Origin: an uncultured Lachnospiraceae bacterium
GTDB lineage: Bacteria; Bacillota; Clostridia; Lachnospirales; Lachnospiraceae
Length of the DNA stretch: 64,000 bases
Direction: 5' to 3'
Assembly: GCA_958428365.1 (NCBI GenBank)
Contig: CAUAFT010000012.1
Span: 23,059-87,058 of the forward strand
This document shows, one piece after another, positions 44,067-54,293 of the stretch (the first letter of the stretch is position 1; the number at the start of each line of letters is the position of its first letter). A program made the translations under genes and the position numbers. The notes beneath the pieces are model-generated. The model was given only the letters and a program-made list of their open reading frames with translations. It was not told the DNA's origin and ran no database searches.

Positions 44067-44792
44067 CTATGATTCCGTATCCATCGCCTGGTTTACATAG
44101 GTCATGGTCAGCATACAGAATACATAGGTCTGAATTGCTCCTGAGAACAAATCAAAGTAGACGTGTAACGCTGCCGGCCATGCGATTGCGATCTTTGATA
44201 ACAGACCATAAATCAATGCCATAATTACGGTTCCCGATAAGACGTTTGCAAACAGACGCAAAGACAGGGATACCGGTACTGCCAGATCTCCGATAATATT
44301 GATCGGCGCCCAGAAAGGCCATGGATCGCACAGTCCTTTGAGAACACCCGATACCTTCTGATACTTGAACTTACAGAATGTGATCATGGAAAACGTGATC
44401 AATGCCATTGCAAGGGTCGTTCCATAATCCGCTGTCGGCGGCCTTAACCCAAACAGTCCTGAAATATTGCTGAACAGGATGAAGAGAAAGATCGTACTGA
44501 TGTAGTTTTTGAACTTCTTGGAGTTCTCTCCCATAACACCTTCTACGACCCCATCCAGTTTTTCCACGATCAGTTCCGCAATATTCTGAAATGTATCGGG
44601 TACATCCGTCGCATGCTTCATCTTCCGGTTGACGATAAACGCAAAACCGATCAGTATCAGCATAACGATCAACACACACACATGGGTCGTCGTGATCCAT
44701 ACAGTATGACCAAAAATTTCATAGGAATAAAGTCCATGTATCATAAAATCAATATCATCTGCTGCGGATGCCATCAAAATTGAATGATTCAC
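44067..44792 (-). CDS. atpB: Fo subunit a (operon 2)
   Basis: PPTAD, SLSLRLFANV, AIQTYVF. Confidence 0.95.
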   Translation of the reverse strand: MNHSILMASAADDIDFMIHGLYSYEIFGHTVWITTTHVCVLIVMLILIGFAFIVNRKMKHATDVPDTFQNIAELIVEKLDGVVEGVMGENSKKFKNYISTIFLFILFSNISGLFGLRPPTADYGTTLAMALITFSMITFCKFKYQKVSGVLKGLCDPWPFWAPINIIGDLAVPVSLSLRLFANVLSGTVIMALIYGLLSKIAIAWPAALHVYFDLFSGAIQTYVFCMLTMTYVNQAMDTES

Positions 44793-44881
44793 AATTTCAC
44801 CTCCTTAATCCTTAATAACAAGGTATAAGCCTCTTCTCTTGTTGCCCAGCCTCCGGCTGAGTCTCTGTGATTGCAACGCAA

Positions 44882-45301
44882 TCATGAGGTACTGTCTGAC
44901 TCCTCTGTTCTCCCTTCGTCGCGATACAGTACTCTATGAATGAAAGGCTGCAGATAAGCCGCCGCCTTTAATCCCATAACTCCAACAAACACCATAAGAA
45001 TATTTCCCAATCGGAACTTCGCCGTGACAAAAAACACCGCTACCACCACGGCGTAACGCAGCAGCGACCACAGGATGACCTTATTTTTTCCGCCGTCCTC
45101 GCCGTAAAGGGTCACGCTGTCCTCAATGACCACCGCCATATGAACCGCCATCCCCATTGCCAGCGCAATGCCGATCCAGAGTCCCGTGCTGTACAGCAGT
45201 CTGTCCTTCACGAACCAGACCCCTGCCAGTTGTATGACGATCCCATAGAGTACGATCCCCAAAAGTAACGCAGGAAGCGCCTTATTGAGTCTTCTTATCA
45301 T
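44882..45301 (-). CDS. atpI: ATP synthase subunit I-like membrane protein
   Basis: Four TMs, SLLRY, GLK; upstream of atpB. Start uncertain. Confidence 0.7.
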   Translation of the reverse strand: MIRRLNKALPALLLGIVLYGIVIQLAGVWFVKDRLLYSTGLWIGIALAMGMAVHMAVVIEDSVTLYGEDGGKNKVILWSLLRYAVVVAVFFVTAKFRLGNILMVFVGVMGLKAAAYLQPFIHRVLYRDEGRTEESDSTS

Positions 45302-45524
45302 GCTTTTTATCATCACTTTCATATATTTTTTTTGCCACGATATAGCAGTTGCGGAAACCAGCCAGCGCACCCAGAATAAAAAGCGGGATGATGAACACTC
45401 CGTATCCCGTTTTTTTCTCAATAAAAATCCCAAGTCCTGTACATAGTAAAATAGGAACTATCATGTTAATACCGAATTGAGTAACCAGTACGAGAGACTG
45501 ATAAACACTTTTTTTGTACTTCAC
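45282..45524 (-). CDS. AtpZ/AtpI-family small membrane protein
   Basis: GTG start behind AAAGGAG; TQFGINMIVPI...GIFIE...LGALAGFRN. Confidence 0.75.
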   Translation of the reverse strand: MKYKKSVYQSLVLVTQFGINMIVPILLCTGLGIFIEKKTGYGVFIIPLFILGALAGFRNCYIVAKKIYESDDKKHDKKTQ

Positions 45525-45713
45525 ATGCAGCTCCTTTCTGCTCCTATAAGTCCGGGCATCTATCATGCCTCAGGCTAATAGTATTTGACAAATATAATAT
45601 CTGTAATTATAACATTTCCGGGAAAATTGTCCACAGGATTCTACGAATTTCTACATTTTTCAACAAAGGCTGTCAACAGAGCCAAGAACTGTAAAATGCA
45701 GACTTCAACGGAA

Positions 45714-46199
45714 CTATAAGACCATTTTCACTTCCCGGTTTGTGTGCTCGTATTTCCGGTATTCCACGCCAGCCGCCTTCAACATTCTCTTGGACGCAAT
45801 GACGCCCGGTGTGTTCTTATACTTATCTTCATCATAAACGATGGTTTTTATACCTGATTGAATGATTGCTTTTGCACATTCATTACAGGGAAACAGGGAA
45901 ACATACAACGTGGAACCCTCCAGACTGCCGCCCCGATAATTCAAAATGGCGTTCAATTCACTGTGAGTCGTGTAAAAATATTTATTTTCCAGAGGTTCTC
46001 CCTCCCTCGCCCATGGGAACTCATCATCGGAGCAGCCCGACGGAAAACCGTTATACCCCATGGAAAGGATCTTGTGATCCGGGCTTACAATACAGGCTCC
46101 CACCTGGGTATTCGGATCCTTGGATCTCATGGCGGAGAGCATCGCAACCCCCATAAAATATTCATCCCAACTAATATAGTCCTCTCTTTTATTGCTCAT
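45714..46199 (-). CDS. dCMP deaminase family protein
   Basis: RSKDPNTQVGAC, HSELNAI, PCNECAK. Confidence 0.93.
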   Translation of the reverse strand: MSNKREDYISWDEYFMGVAMLSAMRSKDPNTQVGACIVSPDHKILSMGYNGFPSGCSDDEFPWAREGEPLENKYFYTTHSELNAILNYRGGSLEGSTLYVSLFPCNECAKAIIQSGIKTIVYDEDKYKNTPGVIASKRMLKAAGVEYRKYEHTNREVKMVL

Positions 46200-46411
46200 A
46201 TGTAAGTACCTCCCATAGTTTATTATTTCCTGAAAAATATATATTCACCTCAGCGACATCATACCTTTTTGCCTCACGCATCCCCGCAGGGATCTTTATC
46301 ACAGAAAAATTATTACTTTCATACGTTAATACGACAAGGTCTTTCCTATGATATAAATTACGGATTGTCCCTCGACAATCCGTAATTTTCCTCTCAATAT
46401 CCAATATCCGA

Positions 46412-47041
46412 TTATTTCGTGCCAAAGATCCGGTCTCCCGCATCTCCAAGTCCCGGCACAATATAGCCGTTCTCATTCAAATGGTCGTCCAAAACCCCGA
46501 TAAACATATCCACGTCCGGGTGCGCCTCTTTCATCTTCTCCACACCCTCCGGAGCCGCAATGATACACATAAAATGAATCCGCTTTACTCCCTTGTCCTT
46601 TAACATCTGGATCGCCGCAACGGAGGAACCTCCGGTGGCAAGCATCGGATCCACCACAAAGACCTCTCTCTCATCGCAGTCCTTTGGCAGCTTACAGTAG
46701 TATTCCACCGGCTCTAAAGTCTCCTCATTTCGGTACAGACCGATATGACCTACCTTTGCAGAGGGGATCATGGCAAGCATTCCGTCCACCATGCCAAGAC
46801 CTGCCCGCAGAATCGGAACAACAGCCAGCTTCTTTCCCTTTAATTCTTTCACCGTAGTCTTACAGATCGGCGTCTCGATCTCCACATCCGTCAGTTCCAG
46901 ATCTCTTGTTGCCTCATAGCACATCAGCATGGCAATCTCGCTGATCAGCGTCCGAAAATCCTTAGAGCCCGTGTCCAGTCTCCGAATCCATCCGATCTTG
47001 TGCTGGATCAATGGATGTTCCATAATCGTTACTTTTGACAT
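46412..47041 (-). CDS. upp: Uracil phosphoribosyltransferase
   Basis: [39 protein letters not shown]. Confidence 0.98.
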   Translation of the reverse strand: MSKVTIMEHPLIQHKIGWIRRLDTGSKDFRTLISEIAMLMCYEATRDLELTDVEIETPICKTTVKELKGKKLAVVPILRAGLGMVDGMLAMIPSAKVGHIGLYRNEETLEPVEYYCKLPKDCDEREVFVVDPMLATGGSSVAAIQMLKDKGVKRIHFMCIIAAPEGVEKMKEAHPDVDMFIGVLDDHLNENGYIVPGLGDAGDRIFGTK

Positions 47042-48564
47042 GTCTTTTCTCCTTCATTCAGTAATTTAACCAGTTTCTTGATAGATTTGTTCAGAGTCTC
47101 GTAGCAGATCCCATATGCCTGCAGATTTCCCCCATAAGGATCTAAAATCTCCAGCTCATCTCCCACTAATTCCGTCAGAACCTCCACATTTTCTTCCTCT
47201 GTCTCAGGAAAAAGCTCAAATATCTTCTGACGGTTTTCCTGGCTCATGGTCAAAACCAATGTATTCTCCGTAATGTCCTCCGCTTCCAACTGAGCGGACA
47301 TGAAGCCCTCTGTCTTTAACCCGTTGCTGATCATAACCGCTTCTGCCTTCTGGTTCAGCGGTTCCGGAAATAATACCACCAGCCCGCGGGAGAGAATCTC
47401 CACCGGACGGGTCAGAACCTGTCCCTCCAGTATGGCCGCCGCCATAGGCGCCCGGCAGGTTCCGCTGTCTGCCACAAATATGATCCTATCGTATTCCTTC
47501 ATTCTTTTCTCACCCTGTGCTTCCAGGACATGATGACCGGCAGCCTTTAACAGGCGGTTCATGATCGCCTGTCCAAATCCCGGAGAGCTAAAGCTCTCCG
47601 AATAGATCTGATCCACCTCCAGATCATCAAACTTACGCAGTATCCCATAGAGATGTCTTGCGATAGCGTCCTCGTCTTCCCTTGCTCCAATACTCAGGAC
47701 CTCTCCCTGAACATAAGCCCCCGCTGTCTCATCCGTTGCGATGATCCCGACTTTTTTCCCCCCGGAAATCTGTTCCTTCGTCAGGCAGTTAATGGTATAC
47801 ACCACGTCCTCCCGGTCTCCGCTGACCAGCGTCAGATCTGCCTTCGGCGCATAGTGCTTATACTTCATTCCCGGCGCCTTGGGTTTTTGCAGAGAATCCG
47901 ACGCAATGATTCCCGGATCTGTCCGCACTTCCCCGATCACCTCTTCTAACATATCCTTCGTGATATATCCGGGACGCAGGATCATTGGAATCTCCTCGGT
48001 CAGATCCACGATGGTGGACTCGATCCCGATTCCCACACTGCCTCCATCCAGAATCAGTGGAATCCTTCCATCCAGATCCTGCTTCACATGCTCTGCCCTG
48101 GTGGGGCTGGGTCTTCCGGATGTGTTGGCACTTGGGGCTGCAATGAAGGTTCCGCTCTCTTTGATCAACTCCAATGCCACCGGATGATCCGGCATCCGGA
48201 CTGCCACCGTATCCATCCCCCCCGTGGTCTCATAAGGCACTGCCTCACTCTTTCGCACGATCATAGTCAGGGGACCCGGCCAGAACGCTTTTGCCAGCTT
48301 TTCAGCTTCTTTTGGAACCTGATCCGTCAGCTTTTTCAAATCCCTGCTGTCAGCAATGTGTACGATCAAAGGGTTGTCCGACGGTCTGCCCTTTGCCTCA
48401 TAAATCTTTCTGGAAGCCGACGCCTGCATGGCATCCGCCCCCAGTCCATATACGGTCTCTGTGGGAAATGCAACAAGCCCTCCCTCTCGGATGATCTGCG
48501 CAGCCTTCCCGATGATTTCCTGATCTATCTGTTCTAAATCTAACTTTTCTACCACTGTTTCCAT
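47029..48564 (-). CDS. sua5: Threonylcarbamoyl-AMP synthase Sua5/TsaC fused to a YwlE-like LMW phosphatase domain
   Basis: [36 protein letters not shown]; then [13 protein letters not shown]...DPYGG. Confidence 0.9.
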   Translation of the reverse strand: METVVEKLDLEQIDQEIIGKAAQIIREGGLVAFPTETVYGLGADAMQASASRKIYEAKGRPSDNPLIVHIADSRDLKKLTDQVPKEAEKLAKAFWPGPLTMIVRKSEAVPYETTGGMDTVAVRMPDHPVALELIKESGTFIAAPSANTSGRPSPTRAEHVKQDLDGRIPLILDGGSVGIGIESTIVDLTEEIPMILRPGYITKDMLEEVIGEVRTDPGIIASDSLQKPKAPGMKYKHYAPKADLTLVSGDREDVVYTINCLTKEQISGGKKVGIIATDETAGAYVQGEVLSIGAREDEDAIARHLYGILRKFDDLEVDQIYSESFSSPGFGQAIMNRLLKAAGHHVLEAQGEKRMKEYDRIIFVADSGTCRAPMAAAILEGQVLTRPVEILSRGLVVLFPEPLNQKAEAVMISNGLKTEGFMSAQLEAEDITENTLVLTMSQENRQKIFELFPETEEENVEVLTELVGDELEILDPYGGNLQAYGICYETLNKSIKKLVKLLNEGEKTCQK

Positions 48565-48610
48565 AACAAATATTATACCACGTTATGGAAATATGGCAAC
48601 CGTGTAAATT

Positions 48611-49318
48611 CTACTGCTTCTTATCCTGCTTTGCCGCATCCTTCAGATATTTCTGCACGCCCTCGCTGATGGCGGCGGCGACTTTCTGCTGGTACTCCGA
48701 ATCTGAGAGCAGGGACGCTTCCTCACTGTTGCTCAAAAATCCGCACTCCACGATGACTGTGGGAGACTTGGTCTTTTTCAGCAGATAATAGCTCTCATTG
48801 TCCTTGGCGCTCCGATGATTCTCCTTATCCAGGTGTTCAATAAGACTTGCCTGAAGCGCCTCCGCCAGCTTCTTTCCCTCCTGGGACTGTCCATAGTAAA
48901 AGACCTGGGCTCCCTTGACATACTCCTCCGGATAACTGTTTTGATGGATACTGATGGTAAAAATCGGATTGGCTTCATCGATGATCTCGCACCGCTTTTT
49001 CATATCCTCCACCTTTTTATTCTTTGCCGTATCGCTGTACAGTCCCTCGTCGCTGTCACGGGTCAAAACCACCCGGTATCCCTCTTTTTCCAGGAGCTTT
49101 TTCAGCTTTTTGGCGATCTGCAGATTCAGCTCCTTCTCTTTTTCATCATGTATGCCGATCTTCCCCGGATCATTTCCGCCGTGTCCGGCGTCCACCACAA
49201 TACAGGTCTTTGCCGATTCTACTTTCATCTGCTGTACATAGATGGAACCGCGCTTTGCCAGGAATCCGGCGGCTACCAGTAGGATAACGCCCATGATTAA
49301 TTCGATTTTCTTTTTCAC
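48611..49318 (-). CDS. N-acetylmuramoyl-L-alanine amidase (Amidase_3, CwlD-like)
   Basis: VDAGHGG.DPG, EKELNL, SIHQN, VECGFLSN. Start moved to GTG 49318, before the N-terminal TM. Confidence 0.88.
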   Translation of the reverse strand: MKKKIELIMGVILLVAAGFLAKRGSIYVQQMKVESAKTCIVVDAGHGGNDPGKIGIHDEKEKELNLQIAKKLKKLLEKEGYRVVLTRDSDEGLYSDTAKNKKVEDMKKRCEIIDEANPIFTISIHQNSYPEEYVKGAQVFYYGQSQEGKKLAEALQASLIEHLDKENHRSAKDNESYYLLKKTKSPTVIVECGFLSNSEEASLLSDSEYQQKVAAAISEGVQKYLKDAAKQDKKQ

Positions 49319-49415
49319 AGTTTTACCATAATATTGAACTTGTTGTATTTTATGAGGATGTTGGGGTGTATAGAACTGTTCTACAGAAAGAGAGGGGAGG
49401 GGTGTAAGACGGGGG

Positions 49416-49653
49416 GCTTCCAGGGGCAGGGGGACATTCCACTTCTTGTTCCGATTATGGACATAAGACTTTCTAAATGTTCTGGGAACAGATTCTAAAA
49501 CGGACGCAAACGGCCCATATTCGCCATCCATGGCTCAGATGTGCCTTTCCCAGACATCGTGTCTGGGAATTGCTGACAATGTGCAGAACATTAAGAAAGT
49601 CTAATGTCCAGAATCAGTCACAATCCGTGGAATGTCCCCCTGCCCCTGGAAGC
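49416..49653. repeat. 238-bp hairpin element A with perfect 27-bp terminal inverted repeats
   Basis: GCTTCCAGGGGCAGGGGGACATTCCAC (49416-49442) and its reverse complement (49627-49653), plus further internal pairing. Confidence 0.8.
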
Positions 49654-49722
49654 TTCGGCTTACTCCGCAGATTGCCTAAAAATGCTGCGGAGGGGATCTG
49701 CTAATAGGGTGGTTGGTACACA

Positions 49723-49946
49723 GCACAAAATATCGTTCCGGCATGGGTCCTTTGTGTAGGATGTTAGAATTTCTTAGTGTTCTGGGTGTGTCAGCAATTT
49801 TTGAACAGGACGTTCAAAAAAGGCATATTCGCGCCACGGATGGCGCGTATATGCCGGTTGCGTTCGTCTTATATTCAATTAGAACCAGAACACTTAGAAA
49901 TTCTTACATCCGAAACAGGGAACCATGCCGGAACGATATTTTGTGC
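49723..49946. repeat. 224-bp hairpin element B with perfect 24-bp terminal inverted repeats; core related to element A in the opposite orientation
   Basis: GCACAAAATATCGTTCCGGCATGG (49723-49746) and CCATGCCGGAACGATATTTTGTGC (49923-49946). Confidence 0.8.
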
Positions 49947-49959
49947 GTCCGTCCCCACA

Positions 49960-51660
49960 CTAATTCACATACTTGATAATCGTATCCCACACCGAAGCGT
50001 CTTCCATTCCCAGCTTCCACACGGAAGTACCCGCTAACTTTGCCTTTTTCATGGCTTTCAGCTTCTGCTCGATGGACTTTTCTTCCTCCATCCACATTTT
50101 GTAGGTGATTCCATTCTGGGTGTATTCCAGATAATACTGTCCATATTCGTCCGACCATTTTTGTTGTGCTCCGCTGTTATTAATGACTGTCTGCTGTGCA
50201 TTCATCCGTACTACCTCTGAGGTGACGGTGACGGTTCCGTCCTCTCCGGGTGTTTCTGCCCAGAGTCTTGTGTAGAATGGCATTGCAAGGATGGTTTGTT
50301 CTGCCGGAACTTCCTTTAGGGTGTCTTTGATTCCCTGAGTTACGAAGTCAATGGAGGCAACGGATCCCGCTTCCTCGGAACCTTTGTAGTGTTCGTCATA
50401 TCCCATGATGATTACATAGTCTGCAAAAAGAGCCTGCTCTGCCCGGTTATAAAAGGCAGTGTAGGAGGATGGAACATAGTTGTCTACGGAGAGGATGAGG
50501 TCATTTTTCTCACATTTGATGGAGAGCTCACGAATAAACTGAATATAACCCTCTCCCGCGTCGGAGCTGATCGCCTCCAGATCCACATTGATTCCGTCCA
50601 GGTCGTACTGAATTGCCATGGAGATCAGATTATTTGTCAGGTTCTCCCGGTAGGAGGTGTGGGTCAATACTTCGGTGGTGTCCACGTCAGGATTTTCCAG
50701 ATTGCTGACCAGCGCCCAGACTTCCACGTTGTGCTGGTGGGCATAGGTTACATAATCGCTGCTGGCTAAGGAGGCGATACCTCCTTTGTTGTCGTTTAAG
50801 TAGAACCAGGTTGGAGAAATGACGTTTACGCCCTTCGTGTTGGAGAGGACGGTGGCAAGGGTGCTGTTGGCGGACTGCTCTGTTACCTGGTGCCATGCCA
50901 TGTTAATGCTCTCCTTTTTTAACAGATGGGTAAATTCCGGTTCCTCAAAGTTGCTGGTTAACGTCTCTTTTTCTGTCTTTCCCAGCTGACGGTTTTTCAC
51001 ATAGCCGATGTAACCGTCGTCGGTACAGATCTTTGTCCATTTCTTCCCCTCTTCCACAACGGTGACTTTTTCATTTTTCTCTACCGTCTTTAAGATTGGG
51101 CTCTTGATGCCGCCCTTTACTCTGAGCTCTGCTTCCTTTTTCATGGAGGCGGTTGTGATATCCCCCCAGGTTCTCGTAATCATGATACGGTTTGGCTTCT
51201 TGAACATCTGATATTCGAGGTTTGTATATTTCTGCGCAAAGTCCAGAGCCACATATGCCTTGTCAGCGTCGGCATAGACAATGGTGTACTCTTCCGTATG
51301 CTTTTCCTTGGAGGCGGTGTACTCGCTGCTTCCGGCTTCCACGGAAATGACCTCGGAAGGAGTGGTATAGAGGAGACGGTTCTCGTTGGCGTCCCAGTAG
51401 AACCTCTCGTTTAAGTTATCGTGAAGGAACTGATACTCTACATAGATCTTTCCCGCCACCAGCTTTGCGGTGGTGTCCTGCTTGTTATTGTCCACGATCA
51501 CTGCGGTGTCCTCCGCCTCGTTTAACTGAAAGTATTCTTTTAAATCAGCCTTTTCCTTGGATGGAACATACTTCTCTATGACGGCCTTACCCGCCAGCAT
51601 CAGAACAACGACGACGATGAGAAGCAGCGCCGCAAGGATGGGCGACGTTTTTTTCTTCAT
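49960..51660 (-). CDS. GH18 glycoside hydrolase with SH3b domain (spore/cell-wall hydrolase-like)
   Basis: N-terminal TM, SH3-like segment, DLDGINVDLE catalytic motif, MGYDEH, WKLG. Confidence 0.9.
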   Translation of the reverse strand: MKKKTSPILAALLLIVVVVLMLAGKAVIEKYVPSKEKADLKEYFQLNEAEDTAVIVDNNKQDTTAKLVAGKIYVEYQFLHDNLNERFYWDANENRLLYTTPSEVISVEAGSSEYTASKEKHTEEYTIVYADADKAYVALDFAQKYTNLEYQMFKKPNRIMITRTWGDITTASMKKEAELRVKGGIKSPILKTVEKNEKVTVVEEGKKWTKICTDDGYIGYVKNRQLGKTEKETLTSNFEEPEFTHLLKKESINMAWHQVTEQSANSTLATVLSNTKGVNVISPTWFYLNDNKGGIASLASSDYVTYAHQHNVEVWALVSNLENPDVDTTEVLTHTSYRENLTNNLISMAIQYDLDGINVDLEAISSDAGEGYIQFIRELSIKCEKNDLILSVDNYVPSSYTAFYNRAEQALFADYVIIMGYDEHYKGSEEAGSVASIDFVTQGIKDTLKEVPAEQTILAMPFYTRLWAETPGEDGTVTVTSEVVRMNAQQTVINNSGAQQKWSDEYGQYYLEYTQNGITYKMWMEEEKSIEQKLKAMKKAKLAGTSVWKLGMEDASVWDTIIKYVN

Positions 51661-51911
51661 GTGTTACCTCCCTATGTAAATGCCTATTAACATTATATCA
51701 TATGCGTTGCATGTGACACTCCGCTTCGGATGCCATTCGGCGCATATAATATCTTTTGACATTATATCATATGCATTGCACAAAATAAAAAGATTTTTAT
51801 AATCAGCTCCTATTATGCCATCCCTTTCCTTATTTATGCGTAAACACACGAAGAAGAGCGATCCTCTTACAGACCGCTCTTCCTCTTCAAGCATATCGGT
51901 TTCTTATTTCA

Positions 51912-52121
51912 TTATCTATTTGTTACTTTATCAAAATGAAGCTCTCTCAACACCCCCTCCTGAAATACATAATCGCGCATATAGTCAAATTCTTCATTGA
52001 CAGACATTGTTTCCGTTACGTTTCTTGGACTGCTGATCCTTCCCTCCATCCAGATTCCGACCCCGCGTTCTTCCAGGCTCCGGAGTTCCATGAACAGCAT
52101 CATGACTTCTTCTTCCTTCAT
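51912..52121 (-). CDS. Small hypothetical protein
   Basis: 69 aa, SD-like sequence upstream, hairpin downstream at about 51852-51888. Confidence 0.65.
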   Translation of the reverse strand: MKEEEVMMLFMELRSLEERGVGIWMEGRISSPRNVTETMSVNEEFDYMRDYVFQEGVLRELHFDKVTNR

Positions 52122-52731
52122 TTCATCCCTCTTTCTCCCAAATCCAAAAGGAGTTCTTTCTTCCGTGATATATTACAGATGTTTTTCTCCGTGCCATCAG
52201 CAGTTAAAATCTGCAAAAGCGTTCCGGGTTACCTTATTTATTTTCTTATCTTTTTTATCCCAAATCACCATATCCCTGTGCTCTATGCAGACTTCAACCC
52301 CCGGTGGCTTCGCCTCACCCCTTTTTTCATCCCAAACAGGATGTTATTCAGAGACCTCCCTCCTGCCAAAATACACACAATTCTTAAATTCATTGTTGCT
52401 GTTTACTACTTTGTTGGAAAATAATTCGACATGCAGACTCCGTCTGCTTTTCAGATTGAAACTACAGATGCCCTGAAATCATGATTGAATATGAAAGGCA
52501 TGAATTTTCTATAGTTTTATGAAAGTTTGTCCTTTTAAGAATTTTTGAGAAAGGTATCTCATATCATGTTTATATCACACCGAGACACAAAAGACAACCT
52601 GTTTTTCCAATTTTTTCAAAATTTATCCTTTTTTAATACTTGCTTTCCTTAAAATTACATTTACATATTTGAGATATTTGATTATAATAATAGTACCAAT
52701 TACTTGAGTTTCTTGTAAAGGAAGTGATTTT

Positions 52732-53535
52732 ATGAAAATAGAGAAAGTAAATGATAACCAGATTCGTTGTACTTTAACGAAGGAAGACCTTGCCGACCGC
52801 CAGCTAAAATTAAGCGAACTGGCCTATGGTACTGAGAAAGCAAAAGTACTCTTCCGGGACATGATGCAGCAGGCAGCTTATGAATTTGGTTTCGAGGCGG
52901 AAGATATTCCTCTGATGATAGAAGCGATTCCATTATCTGCTGATACCATTATCTTAATTATCACCAAAGTGGAATATCCGGAAGAGATCGATACTCGTTT
53001 TTCTAAATTTTCAGAGGGAGATGAAAGTGATTTTGATTCCTACCAGCAGGAGGAGAGCGCTGCTGTTCCTTCCGAGGGCGCTGACGATATCTTAGGGCTT
53101 TACCGCAAGATTCAGGAAGAACGCCAGAAAGCGGAAAAAGAGTTGAAGCAGGTGTCTGATTTTGTTCCTTTGGAGGCAACCTTTTCCAAGGAGCAGACTG
53201 CAAAAAAGGATGGTTCCAGGGAATCGATGGATGTCCTGACCGACATTACCAAATTATTTGTTTTCCAGAGTTTAGACGACGTTACCAGACTCGCCCATGT
53301 GTTAAACGGCTTTTACCATGAGCGGAATGACTTATATAAAAATTTAACAACGAAGAAATTCTATCTGGTGATCCGCAAGGGCAGCCACACCCCGGAAGAT
53401 TTCAACAAGGTCTGCAATATTCTTTCCGAGTATGCACATCAGGAACGCTACACCGACGCTGCCGGAGCATATTTTGAAGAGCATTACGACTGCATCGTAA
53501 GATCCAATGCGCTCTCTGTGCTTGCCGATCTATAA
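52732..53535 (+). CDS. mecA: ClpC adaptor protein MecA
   Basis: MKIEKVNDNQIRCTLTKEDLADR N-terminus; C-terminal LSEY...YFEEH...NAL. Confidence 0.9.
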   Translation: MKIEKVNDNQIRCTLTKEDLADRQLKLSELAYGTEKAKVLFRDMMQQAAYEFGFEAEDIPLMIEAIPLSADTIILIITKVEYPEEIDTRFSKFSEGDESDFDSYQQEESAAVPSEGADDILGLYRKIQEERQKAEKELKQVSDFVPLEATFSKEQTAKKDGSRESMDVLTDITKLFVFQSLDDVTRLAHVLNGFYHERNDLYKNLTTKKFYLVIRKGSHTPEDFNKVCNILSEYAHQERYTDAAGAYFEEHYDCIVRSNALSVLADL

Positions 53536-53542
53536 TTAAAAT

Positions 53543-53590
53543 AAGAAGAGGGTATCGATTATCTTTTGATAAACGACACCCTCTTTTTTC
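53543..53590. terminator. Bidirectional terminator between mecA and the DUF1858 gene
   Basis: AAGAGGGTATCG...CGACACCCTCTT stem followed by a T-run. Confidence 0.7.
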
Positions 53591-53598
53591 ATATTGAA

Positions 53599-53805
53599 TT
53601 AACCCTGCTGCTCTAAGAAATTGTTGATATCTTCTACTAAGCCATCCGGATCCACTCCATGAACCATTGCAGCCTCTTCGATGGTCTCCATCTGGGATGA
53701 AGGGCATCCAAGGCAATGCATACCGATTCCTAAGAGAAGTGGTGCAATATTTTCATCGATTCGCAGTAATTCACCGATCATAGTTGATTTTGTAACCTTT
53801 GCCAT
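53599..53805 (-). CDS. DUF1858 domain protein
   Basis: GMHCLGCPSSQMETIEEAAMVHG. Confidence 0.9.
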   Translation of the reverse strand: MAKVTKSTMIGELLRIDENIAPLLLGIGMHCLGCPSSQMETIEEAAMVHGVDPDGLVEDINNFLEQQG

Positions 53806-53999
53806 CTGCTATACCTCCTATCTATATGCCTGTCCTGGGACAGTTTCCTACTGTAGTATAATACCTTTTCGTTTTTTTTTCAATGCATTCTTGTATTTGA
53901 AGTATTTTACACTTGTATTTGAGTAATTTTTGTAATAAAATGTGACTAGACGCAGAGGTATCTGCGGTGAGCAAAACATTATATAAGGAGGAATTTAAA

Positions 54000-54170
54000 A
54001 TGGCATACGTTATTACAGATTCTTGTGTAAACTGTGGTACTTGCGAAGGCGAGTGTCCAGTAGGCGCTATCTCCGCAGGCGATAGCAAATTTGAGATCGA
54101 TGCTTCCACATGTGTAGATTGCGGTACTTGTGCTGGTGCCTGTCCTACAGGAGCAATCGAGTCCGAATAA
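54000..54170 (+). CDS. Clostridial-type 2[4Fe-4S] ferredoxin
   Basis: Two CxxCxxCxxxCP motifs in 56 aa; SD AAGGAGG. Confidence 0.95.
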   Translation: MAYVITDSCVNCGTCEGECPVGAISAGDSKFEIDASTCVDCGTCAGACPTGAIESE

Positions 54171-54188
54171 TTTTTTTCGTACATGATA

Positions 54189-54226
54189 AATAAAACCGTC
54201 ACAGCGATGTGGCGGTTTTATTTTTA
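54189..54226. terminator. Terminator after the ferredoxin gene
   Basis: AATAAAACCGTCACA...TGTGGCGGTTTTATT stem. Confidence 0.7.
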
Positions 54227-54293
54227 TTCCATGGACAATTCCCGTTTTCCACCGATCTTATAAAAGATCCACCCGGCGAAAAAAGCCTGTCCG

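Noticed and set aside
46200..46410. Riboswitch upstream of the dCMP deaminase
   Set aside because: Small hairpins are present, but I recognise no aptamer consensus or expression platform.
49319..49531. N-terminal extension of the amidase in the ORF track
   Set aside because: It runs through the repeat element; the TM/signal segment begins at GTG 49318.
49416..49946. CRISPR array or autonomous IS
   Set aside because: The repeats are inverted rather than regularly spaced direct repeats, and there are no cas or transposase ORFs.
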